Of a DNA stretch of 40,646 bases, positions 9,995-20,100 are shown piece by piece (position 1 is the first letter of the stretch; each line of letters opens with the position of its first letter). The DNA lies in IMG/VR virus record IMGVR_UViG_3300042346_000744, positions 1 through 40,646 of that record. The stretch is one strand, 5' to 3'. This DNA is from a virus. Taxonomy: Duplodnaviria; Caudoviricetes. The notes under the pieces are model-generated. The model was not told where the DNA came from, searched no databases, and saw only the letters and a program-made list of their open reading frames with translations. A program made the translations under genes and the position numbers.

Positions 9995-10799
9995 GGCGTT
10001 GAATTTTCAACATGCCATTTTAGCGATTGAAGAGCGCATGAAGACTATGCCGCCGTTAGAATTTAAAGTGGTGCATCATTTTGCCAATGGTATTTATGCC
10101 CGTGAGTTGCACATCCCAGCAGGCAGCGCCTTAACCGGCAAGATCCACAAAACCGAACACCTATGCACGGTGGCCAAAGGTGACATTAAAGTGATGGATC
10201 ATAATGGATATAAACACCTGAAAGCCGGGGATACTTTTGTCTCTAAGCCTGGTGTTAAGCGCTTAGGGTTAGCGATTGAAGATACCATTTTTGTGACCTA
10301 TCACCCCGCAACGACGCAAAACGTGGACGAATTATTGTCGTTATTAGTGTGTGATACGTTTGAAGAATATCACCGTCATTACGTTGAAAACGTATCCCGT
10401 GAACAAGATCGGCTGGATTACCAAGCCTTTTTAACCGAATGGCATTTTACTGAAGAGCAAGTACAGGCCATGGTGCAAAACACTGATGACTTGATTGATT
10501 TGCCGGATTTTTATGCGCATTTATCGCTGAAAGATTCGGCTATTGCGGGGCAAGGCTTGTTTTCCGATATCGATATTCCTGCCGACAAGGTGATTGCTCC
10601 GGCCAGAGTTGCGGGAAAGCGAACACCTGCAGGGCGTTATGTGAATCATTCATCGGTACCTAATTGCATCATGTGGGCGGACAAAAGCGCCGATATTTGG
10701 TTGATCAGTTTATATAACATCAAGCCGGGGGATGAATTAACCGTGGATTATCGGCAGGCGGGGCAGGTCAACATTGAATCATTGAGGTTAGCGGCATGA
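9972..10799 (+). CDS. Cupin plus SET-domain (putative lysine methyltransferase) fusion
   Basis: N-terminal HHFANGIYARELHIPAG...GKIHKTEH cupin. C-terminal SAIAGQGLF, RYVNHSSVPNC and IKPGDELTVDY SET motifs. Start 9972 behind GAGG. Confidence 0.82.
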   Translation: MNTLEKFEALNFQHAILAIEERMKTMPPLEFKVVHHFANGIYARELHIPAGSALTGKIHKTEHLCTVAKGDIKVMDHNGYKHLKAGDTFVSKPGVKRLGLAIEDTIFVTYHPATTQNVDELLSLLVCDTFEEYHRHYVENVSREQDRLDYQAFLTEWHFTEEQVQAMVQNTDDLIDLPDFYAHLSLKDSAIAGQGLFSDIDIPADKVIAPARVAGKRTPAGRYVNHSSVPNCIMWADKSADIWLISLYNIKPGDELTVDYRQAGQVNIESLRLAA

Positions 10800-11407
10800 G
10801 CGTTGTTTATGTAGGGGTTGCGTTAGCTGTTGTATCAGCCATTGGTGCGGGTGTCAGTGCTGGCATGCAAGCCGATGCCCAACGAAAACAAGCCAATTAC
10901 CAAGCCCAATTGGACAATAATGCGGCGATTGTCGCGGCCAATAACGCCAAGATTGCCAAGTGGAACCGCAGCGATGCGTTACAACGCGGCGAACAGTCGG
11001 CACAGAATGCCATGCTGGAACGTCAGCAACTCATCGGGCGACAACGGGCCACGCTGGCCGCCAGTGGGGTGGATTTAACGCAAGGATCGGCGCTGGATTT
11101 ATTAGCCAGTACCGAGTATTTGGGACAGATTGAGGTTAACAACATCCAAAGCAATGCAGCGCGAGAAGCCTGGGGTTATGACTTGGAAAGCAATAACTAC
11201 ATCAATCAAAGCAATATCGAGATTGCCAATTCTGGTTTTGAAGGATGGCGGGCTAAAAACTCGAATCCTGGAGTGGCGGGCGGCATGGCGTTTGCCGGGT
11301 CTTTGTTGAGTTCTGCTTCGTTGTATGCCAGTGCCGGGGCTAAAGGTGGCAGTGGGGGCGGCGGTGGGAATGGTCGTGGCGCTATCGGCGGCGGGAGTTC
11401 GATGTAA
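10796..11407 (+). CDS. Internal virion (ejection) protein, gp14-like
   Basis: Hydrophobic N-terminus, Ala/Gln-rich helix, GRQRATLAASGVD motif and Gly-rich tail. Confidence 0.75.
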   Translation: MSVVYVGVALAVVSAIGAGVSAGMQADAQRKQANYQAQLDNNAAIVAANNAKIAKWNRSDALQRGEQSAQNAMLERQQLIGRQRATLAASGVDLTQGSALDLLASTEYLGQIEVNNIQSNAAREAWGYDLESNNYINQSNIEIANSGFEGWRAKNSNPGVAGGMAFAGSLLSSASLYASAGAKGGSGGGGGNGRGAIGGGSSM

Positions 11408-13548
11408 TGGCGATTAAGGTGCCTGTGGCCGATATGGGCCGCGTTCAACAACAAGGTTTACCGGGCGCACGGCAGCAAGTCAGCTACCAGTCTCGGCGGG
11501 CCGGTGATTTTATCGGTGCCAACACCGTGCAAGCATTGGACACGGTAAACAATGTCGCCGGACAAGCGCAAAACACAGCTTTTAGGCTGTATCGGCAAGA
11601 AGTGGATGATGCCAATCGGTTGCGGATACAAGACGCGGCTAATCAGCTGGAAGCGTATGATCAAGATGCGGCATTCAGTGAAACCGGCTGGCGTAATCAA
11701 CGTGGGGCGGATGTCTTTAGCCAACAAAACAGCAAGCCTTTACCGGACAATGTTTTAGAAAATCGTCAAAAGAAAATTGACGAATTGATGAACGGCTTGG
11801 GTAATGATTATCAGCGCTCGCTGTTTCAACAACATGCGCAAACCACCAGCGTTAACCTACGCGGGCAGTTGCTGGGTCATGAGGCCGAACAGCATCGGGT
11901 GTATAAGCGTGGGGTTTTAGCCTCGGGTATCGATACCGCCACGCGCAGCATGGCGCTGTATTACAACGACGAAAACAAGCTAAATGAATCGATTGCGCTG
12001 ATTGATCAGGCCAGTAAAGACCTGGGGCATTTGGAACATGGCAGCGTTGAACTGGGGGCCAGCAGTGGCAAACAGCACATATCCAGCGCCTTAAGCCAAG
12101 CCATTGACGCCAGTTTGGCGCAAGGCGACCACGCCAGCGCCACGCGGATTTTGCAGAAGTTTAGCCCGCACATGGACAGCAACGATATGCTAAAGGCCTA
12201 TAAGCTGATTACCGGCGAACAGGAACGACGGCAGGCTATTGATGTATCTCGGCAGGTGATCAGCGAGGTTTATCCACGCATGGAAACCAGCGAACACGAC
12301 CGGGCGTTTAACATCTTGCTGCAGGCTGAATCCGGTGGTGTGCAGTTTAAAAACGGCCAAACCATTACCAGCCCCAAAGGTGCGGTAGGCATTGCGCAAG
12401 TGATGCCGGATACCGGGCCGGAAGCGGCCAAACTGGCCGGGTTGCCTTGGGATGAAAACCGCTACAGGAATGATCCTGAGTACAACAAAGCCCTGGGCAA
12501 AGCCTATTTCAGCCATCAATTAACCACGTTTAACGGTAATTTATCGCTGGCTTATGCCGCTTACAACGCGGGGCCGGGTGCGACTAAAGCTGCACTGGAT
12601 CAATACGGCAATGACTGGCTGTTGCATCTGCCTGCCGAAACGCAAGCCTATGTCAGCAAGAATATGAAAGCTTTTTCAGCCGGTCAAGGCCAAAACCCCA
12701 AGCCGACACTGGCAGAGGCTCAACAAACCGCCTTAGCGAAACTGGGCGACACAGCCAGCCCCACCCTGCAAAAAGAAACCCTTGATCTGGTCGAAAAGCA
12801 GTTTAACCTGCAAAACAAAGCCATTAAACAGCGCCAAGAAGAAGCGACAGCGGAAGCTATGCGCGCGGTATTGGCCAACGGCGGCAAGTGGGATGATTTA
12901 CCAGCCACCCTACGCGGCCAAGTGCCGGTTGAGGATGTGGATAAGGTGATGAACTTTGCCAAGAAAGTCAGCGAAGGCGAGCCGATTCAAACCGATTGGG
13001 GTTTGTGGTACCAGTTGAAAAATGACCCACAATTGCTCAAATCGACCAATCTGATGTCTATGCGGGACAAGCTGAACGACAGCGAATTTAAGCATCTGAC
13101 GGAAGAGCAGCAAACCTTGCTAAATCAAGGCGAATCCAGCCTAACCCAATTGCGTACCCCTAAGCAGATTCTGGATCAATTTATGATTGAAGCCGGGATT
13201 GATCCCACACCCAAACCGGACGACGAAAAAGCCACGGCCACCGTCGGCAAAATCTGGAATACCTTTGAAACCCGTGTGCGTGATGCCGAATTGGACAAAG
13301 GCAAAAAACTGACACGGGATGAAATCCGCACTGTTGCCGCGCAAATGTTCACGCAAGTGGGCGTTAAAGGCCTGTTGTGGGGTACCAATGAAAAACCGGC
13401 GGTGATGCTGGATAAAACAGACCAAATCCAAGTGCCGGATGATGAACGCAAGTTGATTATCTTAGCCTTGCGCCAAGCCAGACCCGGCCACGCCATCACT
13501 GAAAACGATATTTTACAGTTATATAGCAAGAAATACGGCTTGCAGTGA
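11407..13548 (+). CDS. Internal virion protein with soluble lytic transglycosylase domain
   Basis: SLT motifs QAESGG, GAVGIAQVMPDT, AYNAGPG and ETQAYV. Confidence 0.85.
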   Translation: MAIKVPVADMGRVQQQGLPGARQQVSYQSRRAGDFIGANTVQALDTVNNVAGQAQNTAFRLYRQEVDDANRLRIQDAANQLEAYDQDAAFSETGWRNQRGADVFSQQNSKPLPDNVLENRQKKIDELMNGLGNDYQRSLFQQHAQTTSVNLRGQLLGHEAEQHRVYKRGVLASGIDTATRSMALYYNDENKLNESIALIDQASKDLGHLEHGSVELGASSGKQHISSALSQAIDASLAQGDHASATRILQKFSPHMDSNDMLKAYKLITGEQERRQAIDVSRQVISEVYPRMETSEHDRAFNILLQAESGGVQFKNGQTITSPKGAVGIAQVMPDTGPEAAKLAGLPWDENRYRNDPEYNKALGKAYFSHQLTTFNGNLSLAYAAYNAGPGATKAALDQYGNDWLLHLPAETQAYVSKNMKAFSAGQGQNPKPTLAEAQQTALAKLGDTASPTLQKETLDLVEKQFNLQNKAIKQRQEEATAEAMRAVLANGGKWDDLPATLRGQVPVEDVDKVMNFAKKVSEGEPIQTDWGLWYQLKNDPQLLKSTNLMSMRDKLNDSEFKHLTEEQQTLLNQGESSLTQLRTPKQILDQFMIEAGIDPTPKPDDEKATATVGKIWNTFETRVRDAELDKGKKLTRDEIRTVAAQMFTQVGVKGLLWGTNEKPAVMLDKTDQIQVPDDERKLIILALRQARPGHAITENDILQLYSKKYGLQ

Positions 13549-13730
13549 AACCCACGCCCGGTGAAGCCGATAAACAATGGCTTTTAGGCTATGGCCCGGT
13601 ACCTGACGATTTAATGGAGTGGTTTTTAGAACGGGTGGGGATACGGTGCGACAGTGGTTTAACAGCCATGCAAGCACGGAATTTAACTTATACAGAGTAT
13701 TTAAAAAAGGTAAATAACAGTGAAAATTGA
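13545..13730 (+). CDS. Small hypothetical protein
   Basis: GTGA overlap with the upstream stop; EWFLERVGIRCDSGL helix. Confidence 0.5.
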   Translation: MKPTPGEADKQWLLGYGPVPDDLMEWFLERVGIRCDSGLTAMQARNLTYTEYLKKVNNSEN

Positions 13731-14079
13731 TGAAATTGAACAAGAGATTATTGATAAAGGCTTAACAGCACCACGTGTAACGCCTGCTGATATTGAGGCG
13801 AATATCGCAAGCGAGTATTACTTTACGGCTGCTGATGGTGTGAGCGTTGAAGCAAACAATCATCCAACATTTTGCTATGAAAACCATCTTAACTTGCTGA
13901 CATTTTGCGTTCTGGTGCTTAGAAATGGCTTTACTGTTACCGGTGAATCGGCCTGCGCAAGCCCCGAAAACTTTGATGCGGAAATTGGTAAAAAGATTGC
14001 CAGAGCCAACGCCGTGCAAAAAATATGGCCGATTATGGGTTATGAGTTAAAGCAAAGGCTCTTTGTAGATAAAGCTTAA
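13720..14079 (+). CDS. Phage Gp49/Gp66-family protein (Acb4-like nucleotide-sponge candidate)
   Basis: Signature LTFCVLVLRNGFTVTGESACASPENFDAEIGKKIARANAVQKIWPIMGYEL. Confidence 0.8.
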   Translation: MKIDEIEQEIIDKGLTAPRVTPADIEANIASEYYFTAADGVSVEANNHPTFCYENHLNLLTFCVLVLRNGFTVTGESACASPENFDAEIGKKIARANAVQKIWPIMGYELKQRLFVDKA

Positions 14080-14086
14080 TTATTTA

Positions 14087-14130
14087 GATATCGGCAAAAA
14101 CTTTTTGCCGATATCGGTTTTTTATTTCTT
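14087..14130 (+). terminator. Perfect 14-bp inverted repeat followed by a T-rich tract
   Basis: GATATCGGCAAAAA-C-TTTTTGCCGATATC (14087-14115), then GGTTTTTTATTTCTT. Confidence 0.6.
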
Positions 14131-14141
14131 TTAAGTAAACA

Positions 14142-17100
14142 ATGGCAAATCAAAATCCTTACCTAGACTTGCTCCAACAAGATACCGAAACTGATTTGCG
14201 TCAATCCATGGTCAGCGCAGCGGATAAACAGCCGGACGTTGAAGCGCGTTTGCGTAAGTTGGCCAGTGATTATCAGTTGCCTGTGGAAGCAGTGCGGCTG
14301 GATCGGGAGACGGTGGAGCGTAAAGCCAAGCTGGATTCGGTGGATTACTTAAAACTGGCTAAAGAGTTGCCAGCCACGGCGGCGGTGTTTAAAGATCCTA
14401 ATAACGCGGCGATTGTTTACGATGACTTGGAGAATTTAACCGGCATCGAGAAGGCGTTAAAGTTTGGTAAAAATACCGGCTCGGCGGCGTTGTCTGGGGT
14501 GTTTGGTGCGACCGAAGGCGTGGCGGGTTTAATGGAAGGCGGCGCGGATGCATTGGCTCGGGTGACTGGGCCGGTTGCGGATGCAATGGGCGTACCGGAT
14601 GTATTGGGTAGGCCATTGGCGCAAGATATCCGCGACATTCGGCAAAACCAAAGGGATTGGCGGCAATACTTAACGCCTAAGGGTGATAGTAACCTGGAGT
14701 CTGGCTATTACAGCGGGGTGCAGTCGCTCAGTCAAAACCTTTTAACCTTGCCGCTGGCCATTGCTACCGATAACCCCAGCTTGATGTTGAATGCCTTAAC
14801 CGGCATCACGGGCGGTCAGTCCTACGGTAAGGCACGCGATAAAGGCTTAAGCCTTGAGCAGTCGGCTTTGTATGGTGCAGCCGATGCGACAGTTGAAAAA
14901 GCCACGGAAATGTTACCGGTCGGCCAGTTGTTTAAAGATCTTAAGGCCGGATCTGGGTTGTTTAAAACCTTGTCCGCGCAGTTAGCTACGGAAATACCGG
15001 GCGAACAGGTGGCCACAGCGTTTCAGGATTTAAATGAATGGGCGGTGTTGCATCCTGAAAAAACCTTTCAGGATTATCTAGCCGACAGGCCCGATGCAGC
15101 GATTCAAACCCTGATTGCTACAGCTGTGGGTACCGGCGGCGTCGTGGGTACGATGAAAGCAGCTGAAGCGTTGGCCAATGGGCAATTAGGCAAAGCGCGA
15201 CAATCCCAAAATCGCACCGCTCAACTTGAAGAGTTACACAATCTTGCCGCAGCCAGTAAGGTGATGCAGCGAGATCCCGCATTGGTTAAAGCTGTCGCTG
15301 AAGGCGCATTGGCTGACAGTGACGCGCAAAACGTGTTTATTGACGCCAATACTTTGGCGCAATCAGGCGTATTAGAGCAACTGGTCGCGAGTATGCCGGA
15401 ACTGGAAGCGCAATTACCGGATGCGTTGGCAACAGGTGGGGAAGTCAAAATACCCTTGGCTGATTATGTAACCAATATCGCCCCGGCCAGTTATGCCCAA
15501 AGCCTGTTACCGCATGTGCGCTTAGAAGGCGAGGATTTTACCCCCGCGCAAGCCAAAGCTTACATCGATAACCATCAGACCGAATTGCAGGCTTTACAGG
15601 AAAGCCATGTTTTAGACTTGCAACAACAGCAAGCCAAGCAAGCGTCGATACTAAACGTTAAGGCGTTGATCAAAGACAAGCTGGATAGCATTAGCCACCA
15701 TACCGGCGCGGTAAATGATCACAACGCCACGCTCCACGCGCATTTTTACGCGGCCATGGGCGAAAAGTTGGGGATGAGTGCGGAAAGCCTTTATGAACAG
15801 TATCCGGTCGAGATTAATTCGACGTTGTTGGGGAGGGTGTTGGGGCAAAAAGCTTGGCATGGATCGCCATATTTTTTTGATAAATTTAGTTTAAATAATG
15901 TAAGCCCTGATTACAATAAACAAAAATTTGGTTATGGGCTTTATTTTTCTGACAGTAAGTCTGTAGCCGAGTTTTACAAAGATTATGGTAAGACCGAAAC
16001 CTCAATAAATGGCACTTTATATCATGTTGAATTATTACCTAGCGAAGATGATTATTTGTTATGGGATAAAAATTTAAGTGAACAATCTACAAAAGTTTTA
16101 AATGCATTGCAAAATGCAAAAAATGGATTTTTAGCAGAATTTAAAGAACCGATTGAAAATCTAAGTGTGCAATCATTGTATTTTGCAGCTAGTGATTTTT
16201 ATGGGTCAGATAAATCTGCATCAGAACACTTTCTTAGCCTAGGCATTCGCGGCATTAAATACAAATTTGCTGATGATTTTAATTATGTAATTTTCAATGA
16301 CAACGATGTTGAGATTAAAGCGTTTTATCAAGATAAACGCGGCGCAAGCAAAGCACTCTATCAATCCGCCTTCGATCAACCCTTAACCACTCAAACCCCA
16401 TTACCCGAAAGACAGACCACGATTACCGTGGATGGTGTTGAGCGGTCTACGCTGAACAGCAATGGGCAGGCGATACATCCCACGGTGGAAGGGGTGGAGA
16501 ATTTTTGGCGCTGGTTTGGTGATTCTAAAGTAGTGGATGAGAGTGGTAGGCCGTTGGTGGTTTATCATGGGACCAAGGCAGATTTTAAAGATAATGTTTT
16601 CAAACTAGGAGAAATAGCACACGGACGGGCATCTGGTGATGGATTTTATTTTACATCAAAAAAAGAAATAGCGAATGCACATGGTAAAGACGGCCATGTT
16701 ATGCCGGTTTATTTAAAATCAAATGATCCATTTTATGGAAACCCATTTAAATTAGAAGAGCCAAGAAAAAGCCAAGTATTAAACGGGGAGGGTGATTTTA
16801 ATGAGGTACTAAAATCAGTAGGTTTTGATTCAATAACAGATGAAAAGTTTGATGTTATAGTTGTTTTTGACCCCACACAAATCAAATCAGCCACAGGCAA
16901 CACAGGCGAATTTAACCCCGAAAATCCAAACATCCTTTATCAATTCGCGGGCGAGAATGCCGAAACGGCCAATCAATTTACGCTGGAGACAGCACAGCAA
17001 CGCCTAGCATCCGGCGAAGATGCCGAAACCATCCGCCAAGATACTGGATGGTTTAAGGGCGTTGATGATAAGTGGCGGTTTGAGATTAGTGATAAAGACG

Positions 17101-20100
17101 CGAGTATTGCAAACGGTCTGGCTTACAAAGGTAATCCTGTAGGACCGGCAGCCAGTGAATTAATTAGAAAGCTAGACAGGCCATTGGTTTTGTCTGATGT
17201 GCTCCAGCATCCGGCTTTATTTGCTGCTTATCCTGATCTAGCTAATTTCGGCGTTACCTTTGTACCAGGCAAAACTTTAAATAATGCAAGGGGTTCGATC
17301 AGCGGCAAACAAATATTACTTGATGACCAATTGCCTGGAATTGATGTTAAGTCTGTTTTACTGCATGAAATACAACACGGTATTCAAACTATTGAGGGGT
17401 TTGCGAGTGGTGGGAATCCTGAGCAATTTAAAAATATAAAAGCATTACATGGTGAGCTTTTACGCCAAAAAAACCAAGTATTAGATGATTATGGTTTTGA
17501 TTACTGGGCAAATGATTTAATTATAAACAACCCAGAAAAATATAATAATTTGCTTTTGGATGGCAAAGATTCACTTTCATTAGAGCCGATGTATAAAGAG
17601 TTTGTCAAAACATTGGCTGAAGATGATGCAAGATATTTCTTATATAAATTAAATGATTATGATAAGCAAATATCTAAATATGAAAAACTTTCTAGGTATG
17701 ATAAAGACGAGGCTTATTTTAGACTAGCAGGCGAAACCGAAGCCCGCAACACCCAAGCCCGTGCCAGCATGACCGATGCCGAGCGGTTGGCGAGATCCCC
17801 GGAAAGCACGCAAGACGTTAAAAATAGCGATGTGATTGTGCTGTTTAACGGTACGGAAATGCATAACGCACCGATGCCAGCCAACACGTTGAATCAAACC
17901 CAACGCGGAGCCTTCAACCCCGACACCCGCACCATTACCCTCCTGGATAATGCCGACTTATCCACCTTCCTGCACGAAACCGGCCATTTATTCTTAGAAC
18001 TGCAATTTGATTTAGTCTCCCGCTTGATGCAGGAGAATCATTTAGTAGGCTCTACTGACATGCAAAAGCAGCTGATCAAAGACACGCAAACGCTTTTAGG
18101 CTGGTTTGGCCTGGACGGTGAAACCGGTTTTGATCAATGGCATGCCTTAGACTTTGAACAAAAACGCGCCTACCACGAAAAGTTTGCCGTGGCGTTTGAG
18201 AAATATTTAATGGAAGGCAAAGCCCCTAGCCTGGAACTGGCCCGCGTGTTTGCCAGTTTTAGGCAGTGGTTGAAAGATGTTTACAAGTACGTGGTGAAGT
18301 ATTTTGATGGGGTTGAGCTGACGGACGAAGTGCGCGGGGTGTTTGACCGCATGTTGGCGACCGATGAACAGATTGCCTTAGCGCAGCAGGGCCGCAGCTT
18401 GTTACCGTTGTTTGCTGATCAAGCCAAGAGCGGCATGAGTGAAACCGAGTTTGCCGAGTATCAAGCGACGTGGGCGGCGTCGACCAGTGACGCACAGGAG
18501 CAATTAGCCATTAAAGGCTTAAAGGATATGCAGTGGCTGCAAAATGCCCGCAGCAAAACTTTAAAGCAACTGCAGGCTAAGCATGACAGCTTAAGAAGGG
18601 CCATTCGCAGTGAGGTTAGGCTTGATGTTTATGAGCGTCCGGTTTATCGGGCTTGGCAGTATTTAACCGGCAAGTTGCGGGATGAAGACAAGATCCAGCC
18701 AGTTAAAAAAAGTAGCAATCCGAATGTGGTGGATGCCACACAAGACAATCTGTTTGTGGCCATCGCCAAGCTGGGCGGGCTGGATAAACAGGAAGTGGTT
18801 GACAGGTGGGATTGGGACCAGCAAGGCCGCGCACCGATGCCGGTGTTTAGTAAGCCGGTGGTGCGTAAAACCGGGGGCTTATCGATTGAGGCCATGGCCG
18901 AAAAGTTGGTGGATGAGGGTTACTTATCTACCGATGAACACGGCAAGTTTGACACGCGGGAATTTGAAGAGAAGTTTGGCGCTCAGTTGCGGGGGCAAGA
19001 TCAATTTAGCCATCAGTTTGACGACCGGGCGGCGTTGGGTGAGCAAAGAGCCGGTGAGCAGATTAAAAACATCTATGGCCTGCATTATGCCCGGATTGAA
19101 GCGGTGGCACTGGATAACATGCTGGATTTGCCAGACCGCATTATCAACCGCATTAAAGAGCTGAAAATGACCGCTAAAGAGGGTTTACATCCTGACATTG
19201 TGGCGGATTTGTTTGGTTTTAGCTCGGGCGATGAATTGATGATTGCATTGGCGGAAGCCACGCCACCGAATGAATTAATTGAGCAACTGACAGACCAACG
19301 CATGTTGCAAGAACACGGCGAATTATCCACGCCTGAAGCGATACAGCGCGAAGCAGACCGGGCGATATCCAATGATGCACGGGCCAAGATGGTCAGTACA
19401 GAAGCCACGTTTTTAGCTAAAGCAACCGGCTCTGTCCGGTTGTTGACCGCAGCGGCTAAAGAGATGGCCTTTAACATGATCAGCCGGGTGAAGATCCGCG
19501 ACTTATCGCCCAGCTTGTACAGTCGCGCGGAAGCCAAAGCGGCAAAAGCCGCGTTACAGGCCGAAAAAGCCGGGGATATGGCCACTGCAGCAGCCGAAAA
19601 ACGCAATCAATTGATTAATATACAGGCCAATAAAGCCGCGCATGAAGCCCGCGAGTCGATTGAAAAAGGTGTGAAGTATCTTAAAAAGTTTGAGAACGGC
19701 GGCTTACCTACGATCGATGCGGATTATAACGACCAGATTATGGCTATTCTGGATCGGTATGACTTTAAGAAGTTGACCGATGCGGAGCGGAATCGTCGGC
19801 AATTGTCTTTAGAAAACTGGTTAAAGCAGCAAGAAGATGAGGGATTGACACCGAATATCCATGCGGCCTTATTAAAAGAGCATCAACGCATACCTTACAA
19901 AGATTTGACCGTGGAAGAGTTGCGCGGGGTGATCGATGCGGTTAAACAGATTGAGCACATGGGGCGCGAGAAATACAAAATGCGGGTGCTGAGTGAAAAG
20001 CGGAATTTTTTGGAGTTACAACAAGAAGTTTCTGACAGTATTTTTGAAAACGCAAAAGGCCGGACCCGCAAAACAGAACGCGAAGCACAAGATTTATTTG

